Positions 1 to 8,884 of a stretch of 32,000 bases of DNA are shown piece after piece. A model generated the notes under the pieces. That model searched no databases. It saw only the letters and a program-made list of their open reading frames with translations, and was not told the DNA's origin. A program made the translations under genes and the position numbers. How positions within the stretch are numbered: position 1 is the first letter of the stretch; every line of letters begins with the position of its first letter. Source of the stretch: Vibrio cholerae ATCC 14035 (GTDB taxonomy: Bacteria > Pseudomonadota > Gammaproteobacteria > Enterobacterales > Vibrionaceae); contig NZ_JHXR01000010.1 in assembly GCF_000621645.1 (NCBI RefSeq), forward strand, positions 116,483 to 148,482, read 5' to 3'.

Positions 1-290
1 TGATCCTGACCGCGACACTGGCTTCTGTCGGTACTGCGGGTGTGCCTGGCGTTGGCTTAGTTATGCTCGCCATGGTACTTAACCAAGTGGGTCTGCCACT
101 GGAAGGGATTGCGCTGATCATGGGTGTCGACCGTCTACTGGATATGATCCGCACTGCAGTGAATATCACTGGTGATGCCTGTGTCTCTTGTATTGTGGCG
201 AAATCTGAAAACGCCTTTGATGAAGCACGTTTTGCCGATCCAAAAGCGGGTGAAAAAGAAGAAACGGTTCACTTATCTCAAGCTCAGTAA
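1..290 (+). CDS. Sodium:dicarboxylate/amino-acid symporter (DAACS, GltP/DctA family), C-terminal fragment; 5' end lies outside the window
   Basis: The frame is open from the window edge to TAA at 288-290. The translated tail (GVGLVMLAMVL...GVDRLLDMIRTAVNITGDA...) is typical of the conserved C-terminal membrane region of DAACS carriers. A strong hairpin follows. Confidence 0.8.
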   Translation, partial: ILTATLASVGTAGVPGVGLVMLAMVLNQVGLPLEGIALIMGVDRLLDMIRTAVNITGDACVSCIVAKSENAFDEARFADPKAGEKEETVHLSQAQ

Positions 291-316
291 ACTTAGCGAC
301 TTCACTGAATGTGACG

Positions 317-356
317 TAAAAAAATCGCCCCACACATTTGTGGGGCGATATCATTC
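317..356. terminator. Bidirectional rho-independent terminator
   Basis: An 11-bp stem (atcgccccaca 324-334 / tgtggggcgat 339-349) with a 4-nt loop. An A7 run lies upstream, giving T7 on the minus strand, and a T-rich tail lies downstream. Confidence 0.7.
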
Positions 357-418
357 TTAGTCTAGCGTTTTCCCGCTTTCGGCTGAACATTCAAACACAA
401 AAGCTTAATCACATAAGC

Positions 419-553
419 TTATTGGCTAAACTTTTGACGCATTCTCTGTAATAAAGAGCGCTTTTTCGTTTTGCTTTTACCAAACTGAGCTTGATGCATC
501 GCTTGTTTAGCGATCATTTGGCCTAGGTAAACAGAACCGAGTTCATTATTCAT
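419..553 (-). CDS. Candidate small basic protein, 44 aa (MNNELGSVYLGQMIAKQAMHQAQFGKSKTKKRSLLQRMRQKFSQ)
   Basis: An ATG ORF below the ORF-track size cutoff. AAGAGG sits 8 nt upstream of the ATG. A sigma70-like TTGTTT-16 nt-TATATT lies on the minus strand at about 593-620. The hairpin at 324-349 with a T7 tract on this strand is about 70 nt downstream. I recognise no homology. Confidence 0.35.
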   Translation of the reverse strand: MNNELGSVYLGQMIAKQAMHQAQFGKSKTKKRSLLQRMRQKFSQ

Positions 554-656
554 AACACATGCCTCTTTGTTGTTGAGTGACATTTTGCGCTCAATATAAC
601 AGCGAAAAACAACAAAACAAGAGTATGGTCACGTTTTTTTGTAGTTTTATTACAAA

Positions 657-1007
657 TTAATGGCGTTTTGGTTGTTTGTACGTTTTACCTGCCGCTTGGT
701 AAACGTCTTTTTGCTTGATATCGAAAAAGCCATCAAAGAACCAAGCGACAAATTTCACCACGTCGTCACCTTCGTTCATGATGTGTTCGACGTATTCTTG
801 TTCTTCGCCCTGCTCATCCACTTCCGTGGTCACATGGTAAATACGTTGCTCACCTTCGACTTCAGCCAAAGCAAACTGACCTGAAAGCGATTGCGCCGCT
901 TCAGCAATCGCCTCGTCTTCGCTGCTTTTTAGCAGTTCTAGGGCTTGCGGTAACGTCGCTTGCTCACATAAAAGTTTAATTAAGGCTTCAAATTGACTCT
1001 GTTGCAT
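657..1007 (-). CDS. Hypothetical acidic cytoplasmic protein (116 aa from the second ATG)
   Basis: A long ORF with coding-like composition. I prefer the ATG at 1007 (GGGGA 7 nt upstream) over 1037. There is no signal peptide and I recognise no family. Confidence 0.55.
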   Translation of the reverse strand: MQQSQFEALIKLLCEQATLPQALELLKSSEDEAIAEAAQSLSGQFALAEVEGEQRIYHVTTEVDEQGEEQEYVEHIMNEGDDVVKFVAWFFDGFFDIKQKDVYQAAGKTYKQPKRH

Positions 1008-1137
1008 GATGTTTCCCCGTAGAAAGCACTTCCCCATAAAAATGAGCGGCGATTATATACACTTCTCCACCTGAGCGGCAGTGAATCTCGATGGAGAGAG
1101 AAACCTTTTCCTAACCACTTTGGATTGCCCTCTTAGC

Positions 1138-2340
1138 TTAGGCAAGCACCGCGCTTAGCTTCATACGACCATTAAGTCGCACCATCATAAAAACGGCAGC
1201 AACCATCACCATCGCCGCCAACATAAAACCTAACTGAGTTAGCCCAAAATGGCTTAGGAAAGCAATGGCGACATAACTGACACTTTGCACTAAAGTCGAA
1301 AACATTTGTAACCCACCATCGGCACGCCCACGCTGATCAATGTTGACGCTATAGTGCATCCAATTCGTGCGGGCAATCCGATTTAAGGCGTTAAAAGTAC
1401 CAAAGAAAAAAGTACAGAGAATCAGTGACTGCGGCGATGCCGACAAACTCATCCCAATCAATGCCATCGTTGCCAATAGCATGGCTCCGATGATGATCTT
1501 TGGATGCGTACTGATCCCAAGCAACCGACTCACAAACAGGCCAGTGACTAAAGAGCCCATACCGAAAGCGATGTTATAACCCGCAAACCAATCACCTGAA
1601 ATATTCATCTCGGCAAACCAGATCGGCACCAACTTGCTCAGAAACGTTAAGATTGGGTAGGTTAACGTCGAGAGCATGAGAAACGCGTAAAACTGTGGGC
1701 GTAGAGTAAACACCTCTCGGCTCTCTTTGATTTGTTCGAAAAAAGAGGCCGAGTGAGTTTGTCGTAATTGACGACGATAAGGTGCCAACAAATAACTGCT
1801 CATTGCGATCCCAGAAGCTAAAGCCGCAAAGCATGCAAACTCAAACATGCCCCACATTTCAAGCAGTACAACCCCCAATGCGCCAGATCCCAGCGTGGTC
1901 GCTTGCATAATCACTTCTTGTTTACCTGAAATGGACGCGTATTCGTGGGGTTGAAAGTGCTCTTGGGTAAACGCATTGTTAGCTGACCATGCCAAGTTAC
2001 TCGATGTCCAGAATACGAGCTGAGCGGCTGCTAATAATCCCATTGAGTCATAACCCGCGCCATAACACAACGCCACCACTACAGCGGTTCCGGCCTGTAA
2101 AGCCTGCACCAACACCAGAAGCTGTTTTCGAGAGCTGCGATCAATTAAGGTTGAGAAAAATGGGGTAAGAAGAAAAGAGAGCACCGTACAAACTAAAGCC
2201 ACTATCGCCACAAAAGCGCCCTGATTTGGTTTTGAGAGCATCATCCAAGGTAATGCCATCATAAATAGTCCTGACGAAATACCATCAAAAAACAGTCCTG
2301 TAAGGTAGTATCCCGCACGCGTTGTATTATTTTTTTCCAT
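1138..2340 (-). CDS. MFS transporter (12-TM, efflux-type), predicted SoxR target
   Basis: A 400-aa polytopic hydrophobic protein with MFS-like topology. Its promoter region carries a soxS-type SoxR box (see 2382-2399). Confidence 0.85.
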   Translation of the reverse strand: MEKNNTTRAGYYLTGLFFDGISSGLFMMALPWMMLSKPNQGAFVAIVALVCTVLSFLLTPFFSTLIDRSSRKQLLVLVQALQAGTAVVVALCYGAGYDSMGLLAAAQLVFWTSSNLAWSANNAFTQEHFQPHEYASISGKQEVIMQATTLGSGALGVVLLEMWGMFEFACFAALASGIAMSSYLLAPYRRQLRQTHSASFFEQIKESREVFTLRPQFYAFLMLSTLTYPILTFLSKLVPIWFAEMNISGDWFAGYNIAFGMGSLVTGLFVSRLLGISTHPKIIIGAMLLATMALIGMSLSASPQSLILCTFFFGTFNALNRIARTNWMHYSVNIDQRGRADGGLQMFSTLVQSVSYVAIAFLSHFGLTQLGFMLAAMVMVAAVFMMVRLNGRMKLSAVLA

Positions 2341-2381
2341 GTTAATATTCCAATTGAAGCCAACTGGGTGCTACGGTAATA

Positions 2382-2399
2382 CCTCAAGTTAACTTTAGG
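2382..2399 (-). promoter_or_regulatory. SoxR operator embedded in an over-spaced promoter driving the MFS gene
   Basis: The minus strand reads GCTTTACCTAAAGTTAACTTGAGGTATTACC. This is nearly identical to my recollection of the E. coli soxS promoter (TTTACCTCAAGTTAACTTGAGGAATTATACT). The inverted repeat CCTnAAGTTAACTTnAGG sits between the -35 (TTTACC) and the -10 (TATTAC). Confidence 0.8.
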
Positions 2400-2519
2400 T
2401 AAAGCGTTTTTTTCAATAAAACGGGTGTACCCAAACCACTTAGCGTTGCAACCCGCACGGCTGCAACTTCAAGTGGGCAGGAAATAGAAGGCTCGTTCGG
2501 TCAATGGGAGACAAATCAT

Positions 2520-2966
2520 ATGGAGATGACAGTAGGCGAAGTGGCGCAAAGAGCGGGCGTGAAGGTCTCAGCGTTGCATTTTTATGAACAGAAAGGATTG
2601 ATCCATAGTTGGCGTAATCAAGGCAATCAACGGCGTTACGATCGTAGTGTACTGCGCAGGATCGCGGTGATTAAGGCCGCACAAATGGTCGGACTGACCT
2701 TAGAAGAGATTGCCGAAGCTCTGGCACATTTACCAAAACATGAAGCGCCCACTCGTCAAGATTGGCAGCAAATGGCTTCTCATTGGCACCATTTTCTCGA
2801 TCATCGGATCCAACAATTAAACGCATTGAAAGAGGACTTAAGCGGCTGCATTGGCTGCGGATGTTTATCTCTTGAGTCTTGTGCTATCTACAATCCCAAA
2901 GATATTCGCGCTATGACTTTCGCGGATAAAACACGCTTATCGCATCCAGAAGAGTGGAGCCGTTAA
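2520..2966 (+). CDS. soxR: Redox-sensitive MerR-family activator SoxR
   Basis: The N-terminus has a MerR HTH (MTVGEVAQRAGVKVSALHFYEQKGLI). The C-terminus has the [2Fe-2S] motif CIGCGCLSLESCAIYNP (nt 2847-2897). GGGAG lies 9 nt upstream of the ATG at 2520. Confidence 0.9.
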   Translation: MEMTVGEVAQRAGVKVSALHFYEQKGLIHSWRNQGNQRRYDRSVLRRIAVIKAAQMVGLTLEEIAEALAHLPKHEAPTRQDWQQMASHWHHFLDHRIQQLNALKEDLSGCIGCGCLSLESCAIYNPKDIRAMTFADKTRLSHPEEWSR

Positions 2967-3007
2967 ACCAGATTTGACATTGTACTTAGACGGTAAACCC
3001 AGCTTAC

Positions 3008-4219
3008 TTACATCGGCACTTGCGCAGCGCTAGGCTGCGAGTGCGCTTTTTTCGTTGCGATCAACACACTCAACATCGTGATGCCGACCAGAATATAAAA
3101 CACACCCATTGCATTTTGGCTAGTCACCCAATGCTCCACCAAATATCCTCCCAGTAAACCTGCGATCCCCATCTGAATCGAACCAGAAAGCGCAGAAACC
3201 GCCCCCGCTTGTGATTTATGAGGTGATAACAAAAGCGTTGTAGCCAATGGAAAAGAGATGCCCTGCGCGATGCTCAGCCAAGTAAAAGCCCAAATCAGGT
3301 TAAACACGGAGAATTCGGTCAGCAGCAGCCAAAGGCCCGCAAATACCATCAAGCTAATCGCACACCCCAGCAATTGACGCACCGAAAAACGAGAAGTCAG
3401 CATGTTTACAAGCACGCTGCCCAGTAATAAACCTGAAGAGGGAATAATAAGGGTCGATCCGTAATCGGCTGCGGTCATACCTAGCTGTTTTTGGAGCAGA
3501 AAGGGCAAAATGGATAAGGTGACCAAGCTGGCTAAATAACTTAACCAGTTGTAACTTGCACTACTGGTGACTTGTTGATTAGTAAGCAGTTTAGCGTAGT
3601 TAATCACAATGCCACGCCATTGAACTCGCCGTTTTGGGTAAGGCAGCGTTTCTGGCAGGATCATCAACCCGAGCGTAAAAATCGCTCCAATATAGAGCAG
3701 CACAAAAATAAACACCGACTGCCAGCTTAAATGGTACGCCAGCCATCCGCCAAGGACTGGTGCAATAATTGGCATGATTGAGGCGGTGATTGAGAGATAT
3801 GAGAGAGCTTTGGTCAGATGGAAACCATCATAGCTGTCTCGCAACACACTACGCCCAAGTACCGAAGCACTGCCCGCCCCTAATCCTTGCAATAAGCGTC
3901 CAAATTCAAGAGCTTGAAAATGATCCGACATCATCACGCAGAGCACAGTACCTAGCAAATAGATACCTTGCCCAAGCAAAAACGTCGGGCGTCGGCCTAC
4001 GGCATCGGACAGTGCGCCATAAAATAGCTGTGAGCCACCAAAACCCAGTAAAAAGAGCGTGACGAGCATCTGCGCACTCGCTTGATCGACCTGTAAATCA
4101 CGGCTAATCAGAGGCAGTGAGGGCAAATAAATGCTCACACCCACTTGGCCAGTAGCGATGATCATCATCGCAAGTAGCATGGGGGTGCGGCGAAAACGAG
4201 TAGAGGTTTGTGCGTTCAT
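3008..4219 (-). CDS. MFS drug-efflux-type transporter (Bcr/CflA / EmrD-like)
   Basis: A 12-TM MFS pattern. I moved the start to the ATG at 4219 (MNAQTSTRFRRTPMLLAMM...), because the ORF-track start at 4330 would overlap the divergent LysR gene. Confidence 0.85.
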   Translation of the reverse strand: MNAQTSTRFRRTPMLLAMMIIATGQVGVSIYLPSLPLISRDLQVDQASAQMLVTLFLLGFGGSQLFYGALSDAVGRRPTFLLGQGIYLLGTVLCVMMSDHFQALEFGRLLQGLGAGSASVLGRSVLRDSYDGFHLTKALSYLSITASIMPIIAPVLGGWLAYHLSWQSVFIFVLLYIGAIFTLGLMILPETLPYPKRRVQWRGIVINYAKLLTNQQVTSSASYNWLSYLASLVTLSILPFLLQKQLGMTAADYGSTLIIPSSGLLLGSVLVNMLTSRFSVRQLLGCAISLMVFAGLWLLLTEFSVFNLIWAFTWLSIAQGISFPLATTLLLSPHKSQAGAVSALSGSIQMGIAGLLGGYLVEHWVTSQNAMGVFYILVGITMLSVLIATKKAHSQPSAAQVPM

Positions 4220-4308
4220 GGCAGAGAGTCTATATTGGCAACTCTTATTTGATAATCTCGCAAATTGGAAATAAATTAGTTCCAACCAAGAATAAATAAG
4301 GGCACGAG

Positions 4309-5196
4309 ATGGACTGGCTGCAGAGCGCAAAAACCTACATCAAAGTCGTTGAGGAAGGCAGTTTCAATGGCGCAGCACGCAAACTCAACACCACCAGTTC
4401 GGCGGTCAGTAAGCGTATTCACTGGCTTGAGGAGCGTATTGGAGTTCAACTGCTGAAACGCACGACACGTTCAGTTACGCAGACCGAAGCCGGAGCGCTT
4501 TTTTATCAACGAGCCAAAGCACAGTTAGAAAGCTGGCAATCCGTGGTCGATGAAACACGCTCCGTCAACCAAACGCCCGCAGGCTTGCTGCGTATCGGTG
4601 CAACCTTAGCGGTCGGCTCTAAATTTTTGATGCAGTACCTCGATGAGTTTTTACAACGCTATCCCGATATCCGCGTTCAGCTCATCACCACCACACCGGG
4701 ACAATTACCTGAACTGCATCTCGATCTGTTCATCAGCCGTGAAATTGAGCAGCTCAATTCGCTTAGCTTCAAAGCCACTCCCCTATTTGAGTATCAAGCG
4801 GCGTTTTATGCCTCTCCGAGCTATTTGGCTAAACATGGCGTTCCACAAACGCTACAGGAGTTAACTGAGCACAATGTGCTGTGCTGGGGGGAGCAAACAT
4901 TTCGCGAAGTAAAAACAGCGCAAGGCAAACGTCTCACGTTAACGGGCAATTTCGCCACCACCAACCCTGAAGCCTTGTTTTATGCAGGGAAAGCCGGCAT
5001 GGGGATTATTGTCACTGGGCATATTATGATCAAAGAAGAGCTAAAACAGGGCAATTTGGTTCGCCTATTGCCTGATGTCACTATAGATCAAGCGACCGTA
5101 TACGCGTACTACCCCAAATTGGAGTACCAACATACCCGTACTCAGCTATTCCTTGATCATTTAAAGCAGAAGTTAGTGCAAAACAAAACTGAATAA
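4309..5196 (+). CDS. LysR-family transcriptional regulator, divergent from the MFS gene
   Basis: The N-terminus has a LysR winged HTH (SFNGAARKLNTTSSAVSKRIHWLEERIGVQLLKRTTR) followed by a C-terminal substrate-binding domain. This is the classic divergent regulator/target layout. Confidence 0.9.
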   Translation: MDWLQSAKTYIKVVEEGSFNGAARKLNTTSSAVSKRIHWLEERIGVQLLKRTTRSVTQTEAGALFYQRAKAQLESWQSVVDETRSVNQTPAGLLRIGATLAVGSKFLMQYLDEFLQRYPDIRVQLITTTPGQLPELHLDLFISREIEQLNSLSFKATPLFEYQAAFYASPSYLAKHGVPQTLQELTEHNVLCWGEQTFREVKTAQGKRLTLTGNFATTNPEALFYAGKAGMGIIVTGHIMIKEELKQGNLVRLLPDVTIDQATVYAYYPKLEYQHTRTQLFLDHLKQKLVQNKTE

Positions 5197-5463
5197 GTGA
5201 CTTTAATGTCAATTAATAGATCGAAATTCCTGCTTGCAGTCTAATTTTTTTGCTCAGTAAATGATTGAAATAAAAAAGTAAGCCTAAAAATCCATGACTA
5301 ATCCATAAAAATTGGGTGGAAAATCATCCAGAACTCATCAATAGTAACTACATGCATATAAATCCAAATGGCTTGGAAGCAAGGACTACCTTCCAACTTA
5401 TTGGACAGAGAACTTCGCCGTGACGAGCTCCATATTGTCAGTTACCGCTAGAGAGATCAAAGT

Positions 5464-7299
5464 ATGACGAGCACTCAATTGAAATCAGAGAAACTGAGTC
5501 TGGATGCCATACACCACTTCAATGGGCTTTGCGGTTCAGAGCTACTTTCTCAAGCCACACAGTTTCTGCATAAAACGTTTAATAGCCACAGTTCAATGGT
5601 AATTGAGCTCGACAAAATGCGCTATAAAGCACACAACCTGTCTTGTGCCAGTATTGAACCCAGTGGTTTAGAGCCTGATTACGAATTGCATGGCACACCT
5701 TGTGAGCAAGTCGGGTTAATGCAGCAACCTTACTGCTTATTCACACACCAAGTCGCCGAACGATTCCCTACCGATGGCTATCTGGTAGAAAACCAGATTG
5801 AAGCCTATCTTGGGATCCCGATTTCGTTCTCCAATGGTGAAAACTACGGCATCCTGATCTCCACCTTTACTCGCCCATTGGAACAGTACGATAACTTAGT
5901 TTTGACCCATCAAATTTTGGCTCAAATGATCGCCCATGATTTGGAGTGCCAACAGATCGCCGCTCGCTCGCAAAGTTTAGTCAACCAACTACGCCATGAA
6001 ATATCCCATGATAATTTAACAGGTCTAATGAATCGTAATGATTTGGCTGAGAAGCTGACCGCTCTTGTTCAAGAAGACCGACATCATTTCACCCTAGCCT
6101 TTCTTGATATTGATGAGTTTCGTTCGATAAACGATCTGTATGGGCACTACTTAGGCGACCTTGTGTTGAAATTTGTCGCGGATGCGATAAAACAAGCAGT
6201 CCCCGAAGAAGGATACGCTTTTCGCATCGCCGCTGATGAATTTGCGTTTTTGACCACAGATCGTGAGCCGATGAAGATCTGCCAAACCATACTCAACAAG
6301 CTGGCGCAAGATTATATCGATCAAGATCGTCGCCTCAAAATCAGTGTCAGTATTGGTATAGCCAAGTACAGTGGTGAAAAACTCAATGCCGATCAATTAC
6401 TGTTCAATGCAAGTCTCGCTTTAAAAGAGTGTAAACGGAACCATAACACGCGCATTCGTTTCTATGACAACTTACTCAGCAATCAATACTATCGGCGTAC
6501 ACAAATCATTGAAGCTTTGCGTAGTGAATTGAGTAAGCCAATTCATCAAACTGAGCTGTATGTGGTCGTACAACCGATCGTGAAAAAGCATCAAAGCAAT
6601 TGGGACTATTTTGAGATCTTAACGCGTTGGAATAGCAGTACGCTCGGTGTGGTGACACCACTGGAATTCATTGAAGCAGCAGAGCAATCTGGCCTGATTG
6701 TCGAATTTGGCGAACGTATTCTCGAATTGGCCTGCATCGCGAAACAAGAATTAGAACAAGGTATTGACCAAAAAATTCGCTTAAGCATCAACTGCTCCGC
6801 CGATGAGCTAACGCATTCCAATCGTTACCTTGAGCATCTATTAAAAACCATTAAAGCCTATGGTTTTCAAGCCGACGAGTTCACCATTGAACTGACAGAA
6901 ACGGTTTTACTCTCTAAGGCCGCAGAAGTGTGCAGTATTCTCACCATATTGCGTGAATTGGGTTTTAAAATTGCCTTGGATGACTTTGGAACAGGTTATT
7001 CGAGCCTTAACTACATCCATAGTTATCCGATTGATTGCATCAAGATTGACGCAGCATTTGTGCGTAACTTACTTACCAACCAAACCTCTGAGAGTATCGT
7101 ATGGTTGATTATTCAGCTTGCCAACCAGCTTAAACTCGATCTCGTCGCTGAGGGGGTAGAGAACCAACAAGCGCTGGATAAACTCTATCAAATGGGCTGT
7201 GAGCAAATTCAAGGGTATTACTTCAGTCGACCTGATTTACCGAGTGTGATGATTGAACGCTGGCAAAAAGGGACGAATGTAACTCAAATGGCGAATTAA
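5464..7299 (+). CDS. c-di-GMP signalling protein: N-terminal GAF-like sensor, degenerate GGDEF (AADEF), EAL phosphodiesterase domain
   Basis: The GGDEF-domain landmarks are present (DNLTGLMNR, FLDIDEFRSINDLYGH), but the active-site motif reads RIAADEF (nt 6229-6243). The EAL-domain landmarks are intact (FEILTRW, ELTE, DDFGTGYSSL, KIDAAF, EGVE, QGYYFSRP). Confidence 0.9.
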   Translation: MTSTQLKSEKLSLDAIHHFNGLCGSELLSQATQFLHKTFNSHSSMVIELDKMRYKAHNLSCASIEPSGLEPDYELHGTPCEQVGLMQQPYCLFTHQVAERFPTDGYLVENQIEAYLGIPISFSNGENYGILISTFTRPLEQYDNLVLTHQILAQMIAHDLECQQIAARSQSLVNQLRHEISHDNLTGLMNRNDLAEKLTALVQEDRHHFTLAFLDIDEFRSINDLYGHYLGDLVLKFVADAIKQAVPEEGYAFRIAADEFAFLTTDREPMKICQTILNKLAQDYIDQDRRLKISVSIGIAKYSGEKLNADQLLFNASLALKECKRNHNTRIRFYDNLLSNQYYRRTQIIEALRSELSKPIHQTELYVVVQPIVKKHQSNWDYFEILTRWNSSTLGVVTPLEFIEAAEQSGLIVEFGERILELACIAKQELEQGIDQKIRLSINCSADELTHSNRYLEHLLKTIKAYGFQADEFTIELTETVLLSKAAEVCSILTILRELGFKIALDDFGTGYSSLNYIHSYPIDCIKIDAAFVRNLLTNQTSESIVWLIIQLANQLKLDLVAEGVENQQALDKLYQMGCEQIQGYYFSRPDLPSVMIERWQKGTNVTQMAN

Positions 7300-7363
7300 C
7301 CAATATTCTCAACGCAGGCTTCAATCCAAACGATACGCCAAAACAGCAACGGCTAGAAACGAC

Positions 7364-7390
7364 AAAGCCCCGTAACGGGGCTTTGTATTC
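7364..7390. terminator. Bidirectional terminator between convergent genes
   Basis: A hairpin aaagccccg-taa-cggggcttt (7364-7384), with T-rich tails on both strands. Confidence 0.7.
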
Positions 7391-7400
7391 ACACTCGATT

Positions 7401-8693
7401 TTATTGCGCTGCTAGCATGCTTTCTTGGCGAGCTAACATCTGGTCAAGCTCTTTGCGCTTGGCAATAAACTGCGCCATCTCCTTCTTCGGCACTGAACTT
7501 GCCATCGGGATATTGGCTTTCATGGCGTTGACAGGACGACCACGCACGATTAACTCATAGTGCAGATGAGGACCTGTCACACGGCCGGTATTACCCGATA
7601 ATCCTATCCGCTGACCACGCGATACTTTCTGCCCTTTCTTGACCAAAATCTTGCTCAAGTGCAGATAGCGCGTCATGTAAGTATTACCGTGCTGAATCAC
7701 CACATAGTTGCCCGCATAAGGGTGATTACGTGTCATGACCACAACACCATCACCTGAGGTATACACAGGAGTACCAATTGGCATCGCAAAGTCTGTACCG
7801 TTATGCGGCGCTACGCGCTTGGTCACTGGATGCAGACGTCTCGGGTCAAAGTTTGATGAAATACGCCACTTGCTGTCCACCGGATAACGTTGGAAAGCGC
7901 GTTGCAAGCTATCACCATTCTTATCGTAATACTGACCGTCTTGGTGCAGATACGCGGTAATCTCTTTGCCACGGTTGAAGATTTTAATCGCCTGAATTTC
8001 AGAATTACCGGTGAGCTTTTCTCCGACGAGCTGACGCGATAGTACGACTTCAAAGCGATCGCCACGACGCAAATCACGGCCAAAATTAATTTTGTCTTTC
8101 AGCAGAGTGACGATTTGATCCACATCGGCGGCACCAAGGCCAGCACGATTAGCCGAGAGAGAAAAGCTACCGTCCACTTCACCAATCAGAGGCTCAACCT
8201 TCCACGTACCAGGAATTTTGCGCTCTTCAAATTCGTAGCTACCATCGTTTAAACGCGTATAAACGGCGCGGTCAACGAGGCTAAACTCCAGCTCCATTTT
8301 GGCCAAGGTGTTATCGCTGCCTTTCCAAAAACGCAGCACGTTACCCGGCCGTAACGTATCAAGAGCGAGGTAGTTTAAGTCAGTTTCCATGACTTTCATT
8401 AGCTCGGTATAAGCAAAACCAAGCTGATTAAAGATAGTACTTAGGTTATCACCCGGCTTGATTTCATATTCATAATCCGGATGGCCCACTTTGACCACTT
8501 CTACAGTATGTTCTGCTGAAGAGAACTGTACGAGCGGAGATTCTGGAAGAGACAACTCAATACGTTGTTGCCGCGTGGGACTGTTTAGCGAAGAAGATAT
8601 CGCGGCCACAGCCAAAAGCGGCAAACCTACTAGTGTCGCTTTCTTTCGCATTGAAAGCTCAGAAAATCGCAAAATAATAGATTTAGATATCAC
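7401..8693 (-). CDS. shyA: LysM/OapA-M23 (LytM) peptidoglycan D,D-endopeptidase, MepM/ShyA-like
   Basis: A LysM-like segment (YEIKPGDNLSTIFNQLG) and the M23 motifs HNGTDFAMPIGTPVY and GPHLHYE. The start is either GTG at 8693 or ATG at 8651; the latter gives the signal/anchor MRKKATLVGLPLLAVAA. The symbol comes from my recollection that the chromosome-II M23 endopeptidase of V. cholerae is ShyA. Confidence 0.8.
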   Translation of the reverse strand: MISKSIILRFSELSMRKKATLVGLPLLAVAAISSSLNSPTRQQRIELSLPESPLVQFSSAEHTVEVVKVGHPDYEYEIKPGDNLSTIFNQLGFAYTELMKVMETDLNYLALDTLRPGNVLRFWKGSDNTLAKMELEFSLVDRAVYTRLNDGSYEFEERKIPGTWKVEPLIGEVDGSFSLSANRAGLGAADVDQIVTLLKDKINFGRDLRRGDRFEVVLSRQLVGEKLTGNSEIQAIKIFNRGKEITAYLHQDGQYYDKNGDSLQRAFQRYPVDSKWRISSNFDPRRLHPVTKRVAPHNGTDFAMPIGTPVYTSGDGVVVMTRNHPYAGNYVVIQHGNTYMTRYLHLSKILVKKGQKVSRGQRIGLSGNTGRVTGPHLHYELIVRGRPVNAMKANIPMASSVPKKEMAQFIAKRKELDQMLARQESMLAAQ

Positions 8694-8780
8694 CAGTTTA
8701 CCTGTGGAAAAAAGTCAAAACTCGGCCAAGAGTAAGGGTTTCAGCGCGGTTTGTCACCTACGCTTTCGTCAATTTAAAGC

Positions 8781-8803
8781 AAAAAAGGCACATTTGTGCC
8801 TTT
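8781..8803 (-). terminator. Rho-independent terminator of the CBM48-like gene
   Basis: A stem aaaggcac/gtgccttt (8784-8803) followed on the minus strand by T6. Confidence 0.65.
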
Positions 8804-8884
8804 CAAAAATAGAGGATTTTGTGTGCTAGCAGCAACTTAGTTGTTTGTGATTTTTTGAGCTTTCGTAAAAAAATGCTACCCAAA

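Noticed and set aside
4245-4255. A short inverted repeat TTATTTGATAA in the MFS/LysR divergent region, considered as a LysR T-N11-A box.
   Set aside because: It is too short and AT-rich to distinguish from background in an AT-rich promoter region. I did not call it as a feature.
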